Assembly: GCA_951406725.2 (NCBI GenBank)
Contig: OX597823.1
Span: forward strand, 37,324,001-37,388,000
Source of the DNA: Octopus vulgaris
Lineage: Eukaryota
Length of the DNA: 64,000 bases
Reading direction: 5' to 3'
Shown here piece after piece: positions 12,111 to 24,369 of the stretch. The stretch's first letter is position 1, and each line of letters begins with the position of its first letter. Position numbers and translations under genes: made by a program. A model generated the notes under the pieces. The model ran no database searches. It saw only the letters and a program-made list of their open reading frames with translations, and was not told the origin of the DNA.

Positions 12111-12197
12111 ATACATTTTAATCAAACTGTTTTGATCCATACATGTAACTCCCATAAATTTGTTGAGTGCCCTAGTTTCGTTTGTCCACTCACTCGC

Positions 12198-12252
<55 letters not shown>

Positions 12253-12255
12253 TGT

Positions 12256-12300
<45 letters not shown>

Positions 12301-12373
12301 AGAAACTAAAGAAGGAAAATGCACACACTTTTCATAGTTTTGATATATTTTTAAGTATATTTTATATTGTGTT

Positions 12374-12406
12374 TGCCCACCGGTTTCGCTTTCGCTAATC
12401 ATGACA
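12374..12406 (-). ncRNA. Degenerate minimal hammerhead in PLE 3' repeat
   Basis: uguc-AUGAUUA-GC(gaaa)GC-GAAA-CCGG-UG-ggca: architecture intact, core mutated, probably dead. Confidence 0.5.
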
Positions 12407-13549
12407 TTAAAATTATTTACGTATTTTCTTAAGAAAATTTTTTGTCCATGTTGCGTGTGGAGTTTATGAATGAATGATTCAACAAGTAGAAAAATCTAAG
12501 GGGAGGTAATCGGTGATCGTTATTATTATGGACAGAGGGGATAATTTTTCATCTTTCAGTGGAGTGGAAAATGTACACAAAAATTCAAAAGCTAGAGTAG
12601 TGGGGAGAAATATGTACAATGATGGGTGTGTAATCGTGAATTAAAATATTATAGAGATCAAAGTTGGTTATGCGTGCATATTTACACGTGTTCTGTATTT
12701 TTCAATGAATAAATTTTCTTTATTTAAATTTTCTTGTATAGAAATTGTATCGTTTCACGGGTAGAAGGGGAAAACTATGAAATTTGGTTTGATGTTACCT
12801 GAACATCTGTCTATGCATTCACTTAAAGGAATCTGTCTGTATTGCAGGACCGAATCTGCTCTTTATGTAGAGTGGTTCTCCGTCTCAATGTCATACTCGT
12901 CTATCCTATATAGTGATGTCCTCAACTCTAGTAGGTTATTACATAAATTAGATTCTCAGAGGCACAAGTGAAGTTGGCTTAAATTGTGAACCTCTCTCCT
13001 TGTTTGAAGAGGAAATCCGAGCCTTCAATTAGGTTGGGACATATTCCACAGTTTGGACGTCCACATTTTTTAACCGTTGTTTTCGTGGTCGTGTAAGGCT
13101 TCGCATTTGTTAGATTAGTGTTGGTGGCTGCACTGGTATTGGAAAGAAAAGATTTTTTCCACAGGTCAAGATCCTTCCCAAATGAGGACTGCAGATTACT
13201 TTTTGTGGGGGCTCTGATTGGTGCTTGCAGGAATACCTGCAAGCCGCAAAAGAGTTAATTGGGGAGTAATGTAAGAGATTTATCGCTTCCATATGTATGT
13301 GTATAAATTTTGTTTCCTTTGTGATGGACTTCTAGTCCAATTTTTTGTATATATTTGTAAGAGGTTTAATACCTCTATATATGTTGTTTTTTAACGAATA
13401 ATGTTTTAGAAAAGCAAAGGGTCGGCGGCGCTTTCTGTCTTCTCCCATCTTTATCATCTTGTATAATTATCATTCGCTTCATTAATGTCTTGACCAACCC
13501 GCAGATCTACATATCCGTATACTGCTTTCATGGCAAATGATATAAAATA

Positions 13550-13933
13550 AAGTAGCTTGCTTACCAGCCACATGGTTCCGGGTTCAGTCCCACTGCGTGG
13601 CATCTTGGGCAAGTGCCTTCTACTATAGCCTCGGGCCGACCAAAGCCTTGTGAATGGATTTGGTAGACGGAAACTGAAAGGAGCCCGTCGTATATATGTA
13701 TATATATGTGTATGTGTATGTTTGTGTGTCTGTGTTTGTCCCTCCTAGCATTGCTTGACAACTAATGCTGGTATGTTTATGTCTCCGTAACTTAGCGTTT
13801 CGGCAAAAGAGAACGATAGAATAAGTACTAGGCTTACAAAGAATAAGTCTCGGGGTCAATTTGGTCGACTAAAGGCGGTGCTCCAGCATGGCCGCAGTCA
13901 AATGACTGAAACAAGTAAATGAGTAAAAGAGTA
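13550..13933 (+). mobile_element. tRNA-derived SINE family A with internal microsatellite
   Basis: B-box-like ggttcagtcc, 'ttgggcaagtg' core, central (TA)/(TG) tract, 3' 'gcggtgctccagcatggccgcagtcaaatgactgaaac'. Several copies in the window. Confidence 0.9.
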
Positions 13934-15037
13934 TATTGATTTTTGTTGCAGAGAGAGTTTTATTTGATAAATTTATTACTTTGGGTTTTTCACTCAGGTT
14001 TTGTTCCAACGTGTGTCCCTGTTTCTTTCCACTCGGTCTAAAAAATGTTTATTGTAATTTGGTTGGTAGAAGTTATTAGTATTATTATTGTTGTTAATTA
14101 TATCAGTTTTATTATTGTTATTATTTATTATATTGGCATTGCTGGGAGGTTGGTGTTGCTGTCTGGGTGGAATAAATTGTTGGAGTGCTTAATTATGTTT
14201 AGGATGTTGAGGAGTTGGTTGTGCTGTCTGGGTAAATATGGTAAGAATCCGTAGGTTGAGCTTCTTCGTTGAGGAGTGGAGGAAATCCTTTGAACGTTTC
14301 TAGTTACTAGGAAGAAAAAATTACTTCTAACCCTAGGTTGGTTTCTTTTTGTATTTCTTATTAGTGAGTTGTCCCTATTACTAGACTAAGAATGGTTTAC
14401 TTCCAGGTGAGAAGTCAGTTTTGTGTGTCTGTGTCCTTTTAGATGTTTATAGTTTGACCTAGGTGGACATGTATTTATTTCTGTAGATGTACTTGTTCCA
14501 GGATTTTTCAGGAATGGGGTTATCTGAGATTTAGTCTCTTTTAAATTGGGTTTTGTAACTAAGGAAAAAATTAACAATGTTTTCCCATCGGCGCAGGGAA
14601 TTTATTTTCTCCGACTCTCAGCTATCTTTCCATAGTTTTATAATACTTTCCAAAAGTTGTTCATCAGCATGTTTAGTGAGTTTGGTGAGCATTTCTTCAT
14701 CGATCGTTTAATATTTTTGTTCGTTGTTCGATACTCTAAATTTAAGTAACTCAATCTCTATCTTCATTTTCTCTAGTGCTAATTTCTCCCTAAGCTTTCT
14801 TTGTTGTTTGGGTTCTTCTGGGATAGGTTTGTTTTTGTGCGGCAGAATTAATGGTGTTTAATTAATCCAGTTTTCAGATAGTTCTGTCTTATTACTATTT
14901 TTTATCATGTTCCAAAAATATATTTAAAATATATTAAAACGATGTAAAGTGTGTGCATTTTCCTTCTTTAATTTCTTTTATATATATTACAACTCAGCAC
15001 GTGGGGATAATCGAAATTCCTCCCTTTCTGTTATATA

Positions 15038-15089
<52 letters not shown>

Positions 15090-15097
<8 letters not shown>

Positions 15098-17300
15098 TAT
15101 ATAGGAGAATTTGTTTTTGAAAATGCACCTGAATTTTTAAAATTTGTAATTATTTTTAAATAAATTTATTTACATACATACCAAACTAGTTTCAAAATTT
15201 TTTTTTTATCAATGGTATAAACGTATAAGATTTCAAATATTTAAAATTGCGAAGTAGAAAACATGTTTAAATGTTCACAAAATTCAATTATGTCAAAAAT
15301 GATAGGCGAAGGATATAAAAAATATGCATCACCAAAAGTTCGGACATACTGAGTTAAGAGAGAGAAAAATAAGAAAATATGAGAGTAAAGAGATGGTTTT
15401 GCTACAGTTTCTGTCATCTTGCGTGTGATTCTGTTTTCCGTCGCGTACTGGGATTTTTGCTTGTAACGGTTTGTTTGGAATCAGTGTATTTACAATTTTT
15501 TTCCGTGAACGGATCTGATTTTTGATTCATTATAGTTCTGATATCTAATTCTTTCTAGTGGTCAAGTTTAGCATTCTGCCTGGTTGACTTCCCTGTGGAG
15601 ATAGTCATTGAACGTTCCAGCTGGTTGATTCTCTTAAAGGGTTTATTTGTTTTGTTTTGTTTTTTCCTGAGGGTTCGGTGCTGATCGGAGGCAAAATTTC
15701 ATTGGTCTAGAGATGGGTGACGTCAGCAACTGGTGTTTGTATTGTGCTATTGTATGGTGATTTGGAGTTGCGGTTTCGAAACATGAGTGGAAAGTTTTTG
15801 AATTATGTCTGTTGTATCTGGCTATCGTTTTTTTTTTTTTTAGAAATTTTGTTTTTTCTTCATTTTAGTGTTTTTCCCTCTTCCTAAAGGATATTTAGCT
15901 GTGGTTTACATTTTTATTGAGTATGCTTTCCTTATTCAATCAGAATTAGGCTGAAGTGTTTCCAGTGCATTGATAGAGAGGGAAGATTTGGTATTTCGGG
16001 ATTATGTTTGCAGGGTATTGGTCTAGGTGTTTGCTTACGGGAATTTTCCTCGTCATAGGGTCCTGGATTTTTTGCCTGTGTACTGTCAGTCTGTCCCTCA
16101 AGGTCAAACACCCACCACATTTCAGGACATAGATTAAGTTCTTCGATGCACAGGTGAAGTGATTGTTTTATGGTAAAAGTTTGACCTGATTTAAATTTAT
16201 ATGTTGAGCCCTCCAAGGTAGATGCAAGTCCCGCAATTTCAGCGGTTGCATGGCGTTGTATTTTTGATGGGTAATTTGGTGCTGATGAGTAGCCTTTTTA
16301 GGGATTGTGGTTCTTTTTTCATTCGCAGGTCATTCATAAGGAGGGGTATGTTTTGGTGGATGATGTATGCTTCCATGTTTATCGGACTGTGTGTTCATGC
16401 GTAAGATAAAGTTTTAAGTGTGTCATGGGATTTTCTTGTTTGCCGTAACTCTTGGATGTCTATCGTTTTTGCAAATTCTATTCCGTTTTTGATTTAACTA
16501 GCCAGATATTTTCTTGCTAGTAATATGTTTTTAAGTTCTTGAAGTTGTTTATCTCAGGTTTCGGGATTTGATGCAATCGCGCAAATTCTTCTTGCTAAGT
16601 TGAACGGTATATTTATTTTAGTGCGTTTTGAGCGGCAGGAAAAGAATAAAAGATATTATTATGAGTCCGTTGGTTTGAAGAAAATGTCAGTTTCAATTTC
16701 AGTATCAAAGATGTCCAGGAAGGGTAACTATTTGTGGCTGTATTCCATTGTAAGTTGGATACTGTCGTTAATACTGTTGATTATGTTTTTAAATTTTAAG
16801 TGTTGCTCAAGGCTATGCGACCACAGAATGAAACAATCATCCAGGTAGCGTTTCCATTTGGTAAGTATTTTTAGAAGTTGTCTCCAAATATCAGTCTAGC
16901 ATGTTCGTATATTTGGACTTCCAAGTATACCATGACAAAGTTAGCAAACGAAGGAGCTCCCCTTCACAGTGCCCGATTTTTGTCGATAGGTGTCCTCATT
17001 GAAGTTGAAGAACTTCTGTAGGATGAACTTTATTCCTTCAGTGATGAATCCTTTTCTGATTCCGTCAGAAATGTCGTCTAGGATTTTTCCATCCGGAATT
17101 GTATGGCTTTTATTCTGTATTCATGAAGAATCGAGGTGTAGGGATTTATTACCTCGAATGAAACCAGAAGGTAATCATTGCTAGTTTTGTTCAGAAGATG
17201 GTTTAAAAAGTCCAGATCATCCCTTATAAAGTTCGATATATGTTGGAAAATAGGTTTTAGGAGGACGTCAATAAAGTTACTTTAAAAGATGGAGTATCCC
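15090..17300 (-). mobile_element. Decayed Penelope-like element (RT plus GIY-YIG)
   Basis: Reverse strand ~16860-16640 reads KWKRYLDDCFILWSHS...IQLTMEYSHK*LPFLDIF. ~16250-16140 reads NCGTCIY..GSTYKFKSGQTFTIKQ. Many stops and frameshifts. Confidence 0.85.
15179..15217 (-). ncRNA. Degenerate minimal hammerhead in PLE 3' repeat
   Basis: uacca-UUGAUAA-aaaa..uuuu-GAAA-CUAG-UU-uggua: 5-bp stem I and palindromic ACUAGU stem III. Confidence 0.45.
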
Positions 17301-17451
17301 ATGCCCTGCACACTTGTAATTTTCATCAACTAAAATATGGTGCAGATATATGCATGTGACTATTTATATTTGCATCTATCTATATATGCATATGTATACA
17401 TATATGTATACATATGTATATGCACACATACACACCCACCCACACACCCAC

Positions 17452-17482
<31 letters not shown>

Positions 17483-17520
17483 TATATGAATATATACATA
17501 TGCATATGTATATATATATA

Positions 17521-17586
<66 letters not shown>

Positions 17587-17732
17587 CATAAATGAGGGCA
17601 AAGGAAAAAATTTCTAACGCCAAATATGCCGAAAAATTGGACATATTGTCCATTAACCATATAATTTTTTCACAAAACGCACGCTACTCGAAAAAAGGTC
17701 GACAGAAATTTCTAAAAAATTCCATTATTACC

Positions 17733-17788
17733 ATATCGGACCGATTTCAGAGTTAGCTACTAAGAGCCCTCTCTTCGTCAGTGATACA
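17733..17788 (-). ncRNA. Type I hammerhead ribozyme in a ~330-bp non-coding insert (17583-17912) flanked by (TA)n
   Basis: guauca-CUGACGA-AGAG(18 nt)CUCU-GAAA-UCGG-UC-cgauau: canonical core, GUC site, one stem I mismatch. Confidence 0.7.
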
Positions 17789-17911
17789 TGTGGCAGAGGA
17801 AATAAACGAGATACTTACTCGCACCCATGGAAGAAGCAAACACTAAGTCATGAGCACAACTAAAATTTTTTTCGAAAGAAATATTTTTTCGAAAGAAATT
17901 TTATCCTCATT

Positions 17912-17955
<44 letters not shown>

Positions 17956-18199
17956 TATATATATATATATATATATTTACACACACATACATACATACAT
18001 ACATACATACATACATACATACATACATACATACATGGAAACTTAGCGCATTTAAACCCTTACTTAACATATATATATATATATTTATATATAGTTATGC
18101 TTGGGGATGGTCATATTTTACCAATTAAACAAATATGTGTGTATATATATAAATATGAATTAGGGCTCTAGGACCTGCATCCAATCTTCTAAACTTAAT

Positions 18200-19500
18200 G
18201 TCTAAACTAGAATTCAGTGCGTATATAAATAGCATCCAAGCTTAACTTAAATCTGACAGCAAGCGAATCAACCCCACGACACCACCTCCTTACAAAGTTC
18301 CGTTTTGTCTGACAGCACTAAAAACCTATGTGGAATAGATAATAGCTTACACAAGAATCTTACAGAAAATTACATGTAAACAAGTAACCAAACATAATAA
18401 TTTTAAGTGGTTGGCGAAATATCTAGTGAAACTCAAAATCTAGATAACAGACTAGAAGTCGTAGTTAAACACCCTACGTATGTTGTTGTTAATGACTACG
18501 AGGATAATTTTGCCTCTAACATTAGATCCTGGTTAATTAACCCGGTTAAATCTGAAATTAGATTAGTTGGTAAGAAAGTTTTAAGGAGATGCAAAAGGAT
18601 TTTTTTTTTGTAAAGAGTACTAGGGCGTTACTCAACTTTTAAGCCATTTTATCAATCTCGACTGGATGGAGGATAAAGTTGACTTCTGCGCGGTTTGAAC
18701 AACACAGAATTTTAACCAAAACGTTAACGATACTGCTGATCCACCTTCCTAAGTAACAGTTGGAAAGCTGCTATCGTACAACAAAGGAGAAATTCCCAAA
18801 CTGTCATTTTTTTAGCTTAACAATATCGAAAATAAGTATAACAGGAGATTTACCCAGTTTGACATTGTCAAATTTACCACTTTGACTGTCAAATTCTGAC
18901 CAGTTTCATATTGTCGAATTTTGCCATTCTAGCTCAAGACACTAAATGATATCGACATTATAATGCATGACACAAAAATCCTATTTCTGTCTAAGATTCT
19001 GTTCAAAATTCTGAAGAATTTGATTCAGTTGATCTTTTAATGTAAATATAAGGTCAAACAGTAATGAAAGAATAAATGATCTTGCAAAATTATATATTTT
19101 ACAGGCACTTAACAGGAACTTTCATTCTCTACATCAAGGCGATGGATTATCTACATCCATAAATCGCCAGCGTAACACATTAAAGAAGGATATTATTCAT
19201 ATAATAAATAGTTCCGGTCTAAAATGAAGGTAAGACCTAACTTTACTACAATTAAATTCTGTGATGTTACCATTGCATTAAACCATCTATAAAACCCAAT
19301 AAAATACCCATTTATAGTGCAAGAGTATGATACCAATCACAATCCTTTTAAAAAAACTTAATCAATTATATAACACGAAGGATTTCTAATATGTTCTAAA
19401 ATAAAATAAAAAATTGATAAGCCAGCTTTCTACTACAATAGTACATTTCAAACGAGCGAATTCAATAATAAAATCCCCTTTTTATTTCATCTTTCGCTCC
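18200..19500 (+). mobile_element. Highly decayed PLE RT remnant
   Basis: ORF 18407-18613 has WLINPVKSEIRLVGKKVL. Downstream 'RFTQFDIVKF' resembles PLE RT motif 3 (F.QFDI..FY). Confidence 0.55.
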
Positions 19501-19759
19501 TAAAACTAAGAAGAGGCATAAGACCAGAACACGGTCAATAACATTGACTGGACTGCGCTATTAGACCGCAGATATGGTGTTTTTATTCATTTTATCATAA
19601 GAGAGATTTTTCTTACGGTAACTGCAGTGAGTCTGCCTTTAGAAATTGAAATATATCACAAACATATTTTAACTATCCTAACGTTCTATTACGCTTAAGC
19701 ACTGATTGGCGCTGATACTGGCGAATATATATATAGAGAGAGAGGGGGAGGGGAGAGAG

Positions 19760-20830
19760 ATAATAAAGTAGAATTCACCTTACAAAGTCGGCAATTGCTT
19801 CTATGCTTAGATATAGAAAATATGATCGAAATTCATCCAAAGTTAATTAAATTTAAAGAGAACTAAGGAATTATTTCCCGTACACAATCTCATACAAAAA
19901 AAAAAAACAAACGTAAGAAGCAATATAATTTGAGAAAAGCTATTTTGTATTTAGCAATAGGTGACGTCAGTGGATAACAAAAGAATAAAAAATAAAGGTA
20001 AGAATTCTACGTTATGTCAATTAAAAACATAGAGATTTTACGTCACAACAATTAGTTATCTATTTATGAAATATAGTAAAATTTTAACATATGAAAAGCA
20101 ATTATAATTAAAAATTGAAATATTCAAACGCCTTCCGAAATTTGTGGCAAATTTCATTGTAAAATTCCAATTAAAATTCCAATTAAAACTTAATTTAGAA
20201 TTATATAATATATTTCTTCAAAACAAATTCAAAATTTATAAACAAGAGTAAGTCGAAAATGTGTATTGTGAAATAAGCTCTAATCCTGAACTACTTTTTT
20301 ATTCTTTAAATAAAAGTAATTCCGATTCTGATTGTACGATTAAGTTAACACCTAGTTTTGATATTAATTATAATAATAATATTCTTATCTTAACACCTAA
20401 TTTTGAAAGGAGCACTAGCAGGAAGTCTTTTAACCATGGCTACTACATACAAGTGAATAAATACCTATGTAAGTGTAAAAACGAAATTGTCCTTTAGAAA
20501 ATCAGTGTTTAAGAAAAAATATAGTCTATTGGTGTAAGGTAATAACAGGGAATTTTGAGTATTATTACATAGGTTCATCTGCTACAATTTGATAATCTCG
20601 ATTTCATAATCATTCACGTTCATTTAAGTATAGTAGAAAAAGTAATTCTACAAATCTCAGTAAATGCATTTGGGGGTTAAAAGTTAGGAACATTAGATAT
20701 GATGTAAAGTGGTCCATTATTAGCTATGCTCCATCGTACAATATTAGAAATTATACTTGTGAACTTGCCTTGAAGAAATGTATTATATAACTACTTCTAG
20801 ATTAATTTTACTAAATTTTAATAGGAATTT
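19760..20830 (+). mobile_element. PLE remnant with C-terminal GIY-YIG domain
   Basis: 20465-20790 reads CKC..NCPLENQCLRKNIVYWCKVITGNFEYYYIGSSAT..SRFHNHSRSFKY...STNLSKCIWGL...APSYNIRNYTCEL. Confidence 0.75.
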
Positions 20831-20907
20831 TACATACGCATATGCATATACGTATACATATGTGACTATATATATATATATATAATATAAATAAATATAT
20901 ATATATA

Positions 20908-21070
20908 GTCGCAGGAGTGGCTGTGTGGTAAGTAGCTTGCTAACCAACCACATGGTTCCGGGTTCAGTCCCACTGCGTGGCATCTTGGGCAAGTGTCTTC
21001 TGCTATAGCCCCGGGCCGACCAATGCCTTGTAAGTGGATTCGGTAGACAGAAACTGAAAGAAGCCCATCG

Positions 21071-21111
<41 letters not shown>

Positions 21112-21314
21112 CTGTGTTTGTCCCCCTAGCATTGCTTGACAACCGATGCTGGTGTGTTTACGTCCCCGTTACTTAGCGGTTCGGCAAAAAAAGAGACCGA
21201 TAGAATAAGTACTGGGCTTTCAAAGAATAAGTCCCGGGGTTGATTTGCTCGACTAAAGGCGGTGCTCCAGCATGGCCGCAGTCAAATGACTGAAACAAGT
21301 AAAAGAGTAAAAAG
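20908..21314 (+). mobile_element. SINE family A, full length
   Basis: Starts gtcgcaggagtggctgtgtggtaag (A box) and ends gaaacaagtaaaagag. Internal (TA)(TG) tract. Confidence 0.9.
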
Positions 21315-21371
21315 ATTAAAAAAATACATATAATATAAATAATTATATATATAATATAAATAATTATATAT

Positions 21372-21519
21372 ATAAAGCGACGAAAATATTTTGACAAATT
21401 AGATTTAAATGTTGAAATGAATCTAACGGTTTTTTGTGTGTTTCTTAAATGGCTTATAAACACCTTCCACGCTGCAATTGTTTTCGTTCCAGAACACGAT
21501 CTACGCAAGTACATCTCCG

Positions 21520-21522
<3 letters not shown>
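21372..21522 (+). mobile_element. Short non-autonomous element 3' part (same family as 48315-48597), in (TA)n
   Basis: Clear similarity to 48430-48597, ending acatctccgtaa. Confidence 0.8.
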
Positions 21523-21594
<72 letters not shown>

Positions 21595-21944
21595 AGATAA
21601 GAAAATGGAGAAATACATCTAAATCAAATATCAATTACCAGATAATACTCAATCACATACTTTATTAAACCACCACATAAGAGACTGTAGGGTTAAATAT
21701 AAAAAACAGAACAAATCAGTGTACATAAAGGAATGTACATAAAAAAGTGTACATAAAAGAGTAATGTTGTATAATAATTAGAATATATATAAAAAAGAAT
21801 ATAAATACAAGTAAATATAAATATAAGTATAAATTAGATCTTACAGCTGTTTCGGCCATGTCGATAATTATGTCTCATTTTATACGTTATCCCATAGAGG
21901 GTTGCATTTACAACCCCTATATCAATTTGTATATATATATATAT

Positions 21945-22376
<432 letters not shown>

Positions 22377-23679
22377 AGGAAGGAAAAAAGGGCATATATA
22401 TATAAGCTACATAAATGCAGTCTTGGCAATGGTGGTGCTGCGATCAAATCTATCAACCTCATCAGACTCCCATCACAACTGACTTGAGTTAAGGATGTTA
22501 CAGTTTCCAATTGGCTGGATTGAAAAAGTACAGTCGTGATATCTCACAAGTGTTTGATGAAATTTTCGTCAGCACATTTTGGGCAATATAACGCCTTCAG
22601 TAATTAATTTAGTTTCTATCTAAGAAGACAAGAAAGTTGTCTTGCATAAAGATTTATCTTGAAAAACTGGGACAAGCTTCAATCATAAATGCTAACCTGG
22701 TTCAGATTTTAATTGTATATTAAATAAGGCTGATATTATCAATGACTGAAGGGGCCGAAAGTCTGTTGTGTGCAATTTATTGTAGGTAGAACTTTTTAGA
22801 GTGAAAACGGATAATTTTATTTTGAAAACGGATAATTTTATTTTGAATATTCAAAATTTTGGTTTTTAATAAAAAGAATGTTTTTCAATGAATTGGTACT
22901 CTAAGGGTAAAAAAATGAAAGTCAAAATTGATTCTGACAATATTTGAACACATATGTAAGAGGTATTAAACCATATATCATGATGTTGGGCACTTTGCCA
23001 ACTGCATCAACATATCTTCAATCCGTCTTCCTATTACCGATCTACTTATATAATAATAATCTCACTTGCAGCTGTTCAACTGCAGTCCTATTAACTAAGC
23101 AACTAATGAATGTCAAATGTGAAAATATGTGCAGATAAAAAACGCTTTAAGTAAAAATAAGTGCCATTTTAGATTACTCAACCTCTTCAGATTATTCCCC
23201 TACTTTTGCTATACAACAATTTACAATGAGAGATAGAAAGAGAATATGATGAGCAGTAAAAATGGAGTACTATAGAACATGCGTGTAATAGATATTGAAT
23301 TACATTTTGAGAATTTTCTCTCGATTGCAGCTAAAACGAACGCCTCACCAACATAAGCACTATGTCACAGAAAAATGTTAACCTAATAATTACAAATACA
23401 GGACATACTAGAAAATAGAGAGGTAAAGCATAAGATTACGTATTGAAACAGACTCCATTAAACACTGATAAAAAATTATGGACAATGAGTTTTATCAAGT
23501 GGCTTCGATAAAGAGACTGCTAAGGTTTGATTTACGATGGTGAAGTAAATTTATATCTAAAAAAATGCAAATACGCTAAATTACGAAAGATCTTTATACA
23601 AGATGTTTGTTAATTATTATTATCATCGTCATCATCACTACAATAGTTATTATTATCATTATTATTATTTTTTTTTTTT

Positions 23680-24165
23680 TATATGGTTGTCTTTTACTTT
23701 ATATTTGTACACGTTGACGCCAAGTCTCACCCAGGGACCTCAAGGGACAAGTTAGAAGTTCAAGTTGGTGTTAGGACTAGGGTGCCATATTTTTGGTTTT
23801 GCATAGAGTATTGTTCTAGAGAACGTCTGTCAAAACATAATAAAATAAGAAGTTTCTTTTAAAAGTAATTTGACGATAAGATGATAATGCGATGTTAAGA
23901 TGATGCTAAAAGGTGTTTGCTATTATGTACATTTAAAAGTACTTTTAACAATGCTTACAGATTAAAATGTTTTGGGGACTACATAGACAATATTTTTCGT
24001 AGGATATGAGCAGTTCCCATGAGCACTATTTTTAAAATGTCTTCCATTTTGGATTTCTTAGTATCTGAGATAACTAGCAATCAGCCATTTTTGCTATCAT
24101 TCCTAGGGAACCTATGACAATAGGTATTGTTTTAGTCTTTTTGCCAATTTCTATTTCCAGATATT
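23680..24165 (-). mobile_element. R4/Dong-like 3' end fragment
   Basis: Shares 'gacaagttagaagttc.agttggtgtta' and 'gcagttcccatgagcactat' with 1320-1600. Flanked by (ATT)/(ATC) repeats. Confidence 0.8.
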
Positions 24166-24201
24166 ATTATCATTCTTCTTCTTCTTATTATTATTATTAT
24201 T

Positions 24202-24251
<50 letters not shown>

Positions 24252-24369
24252 TATTATTATTATTATCATTATTATTTTTTTTATCACGTGCTTTCACTGC
24301 AATACTCTAATTTCTGCTGTATTGAAAGTGTTTTACATAGGATGTGTGCGATGCCTAATATATTATATA

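Larger units (their letters stand above)
12298..14982 (-). mobile_element. Decayed Penelope-like element with inverted terminal repeat; interrupted by a SINE
   Basis: ORF 12979-13242 has VKKCGRPNCGICPNLIEGSDFLFKQGERFTI, related to the palindrome family. 12298-12363 is the reverse complement of ~14915-14982. Confidence 0.8.

Noticed and set aside
22390-22912. Possible piggyBac remnant (ends ...ctaagggtaa)
   Set aside because: No matching left TIR or recognisable transposase motif found.
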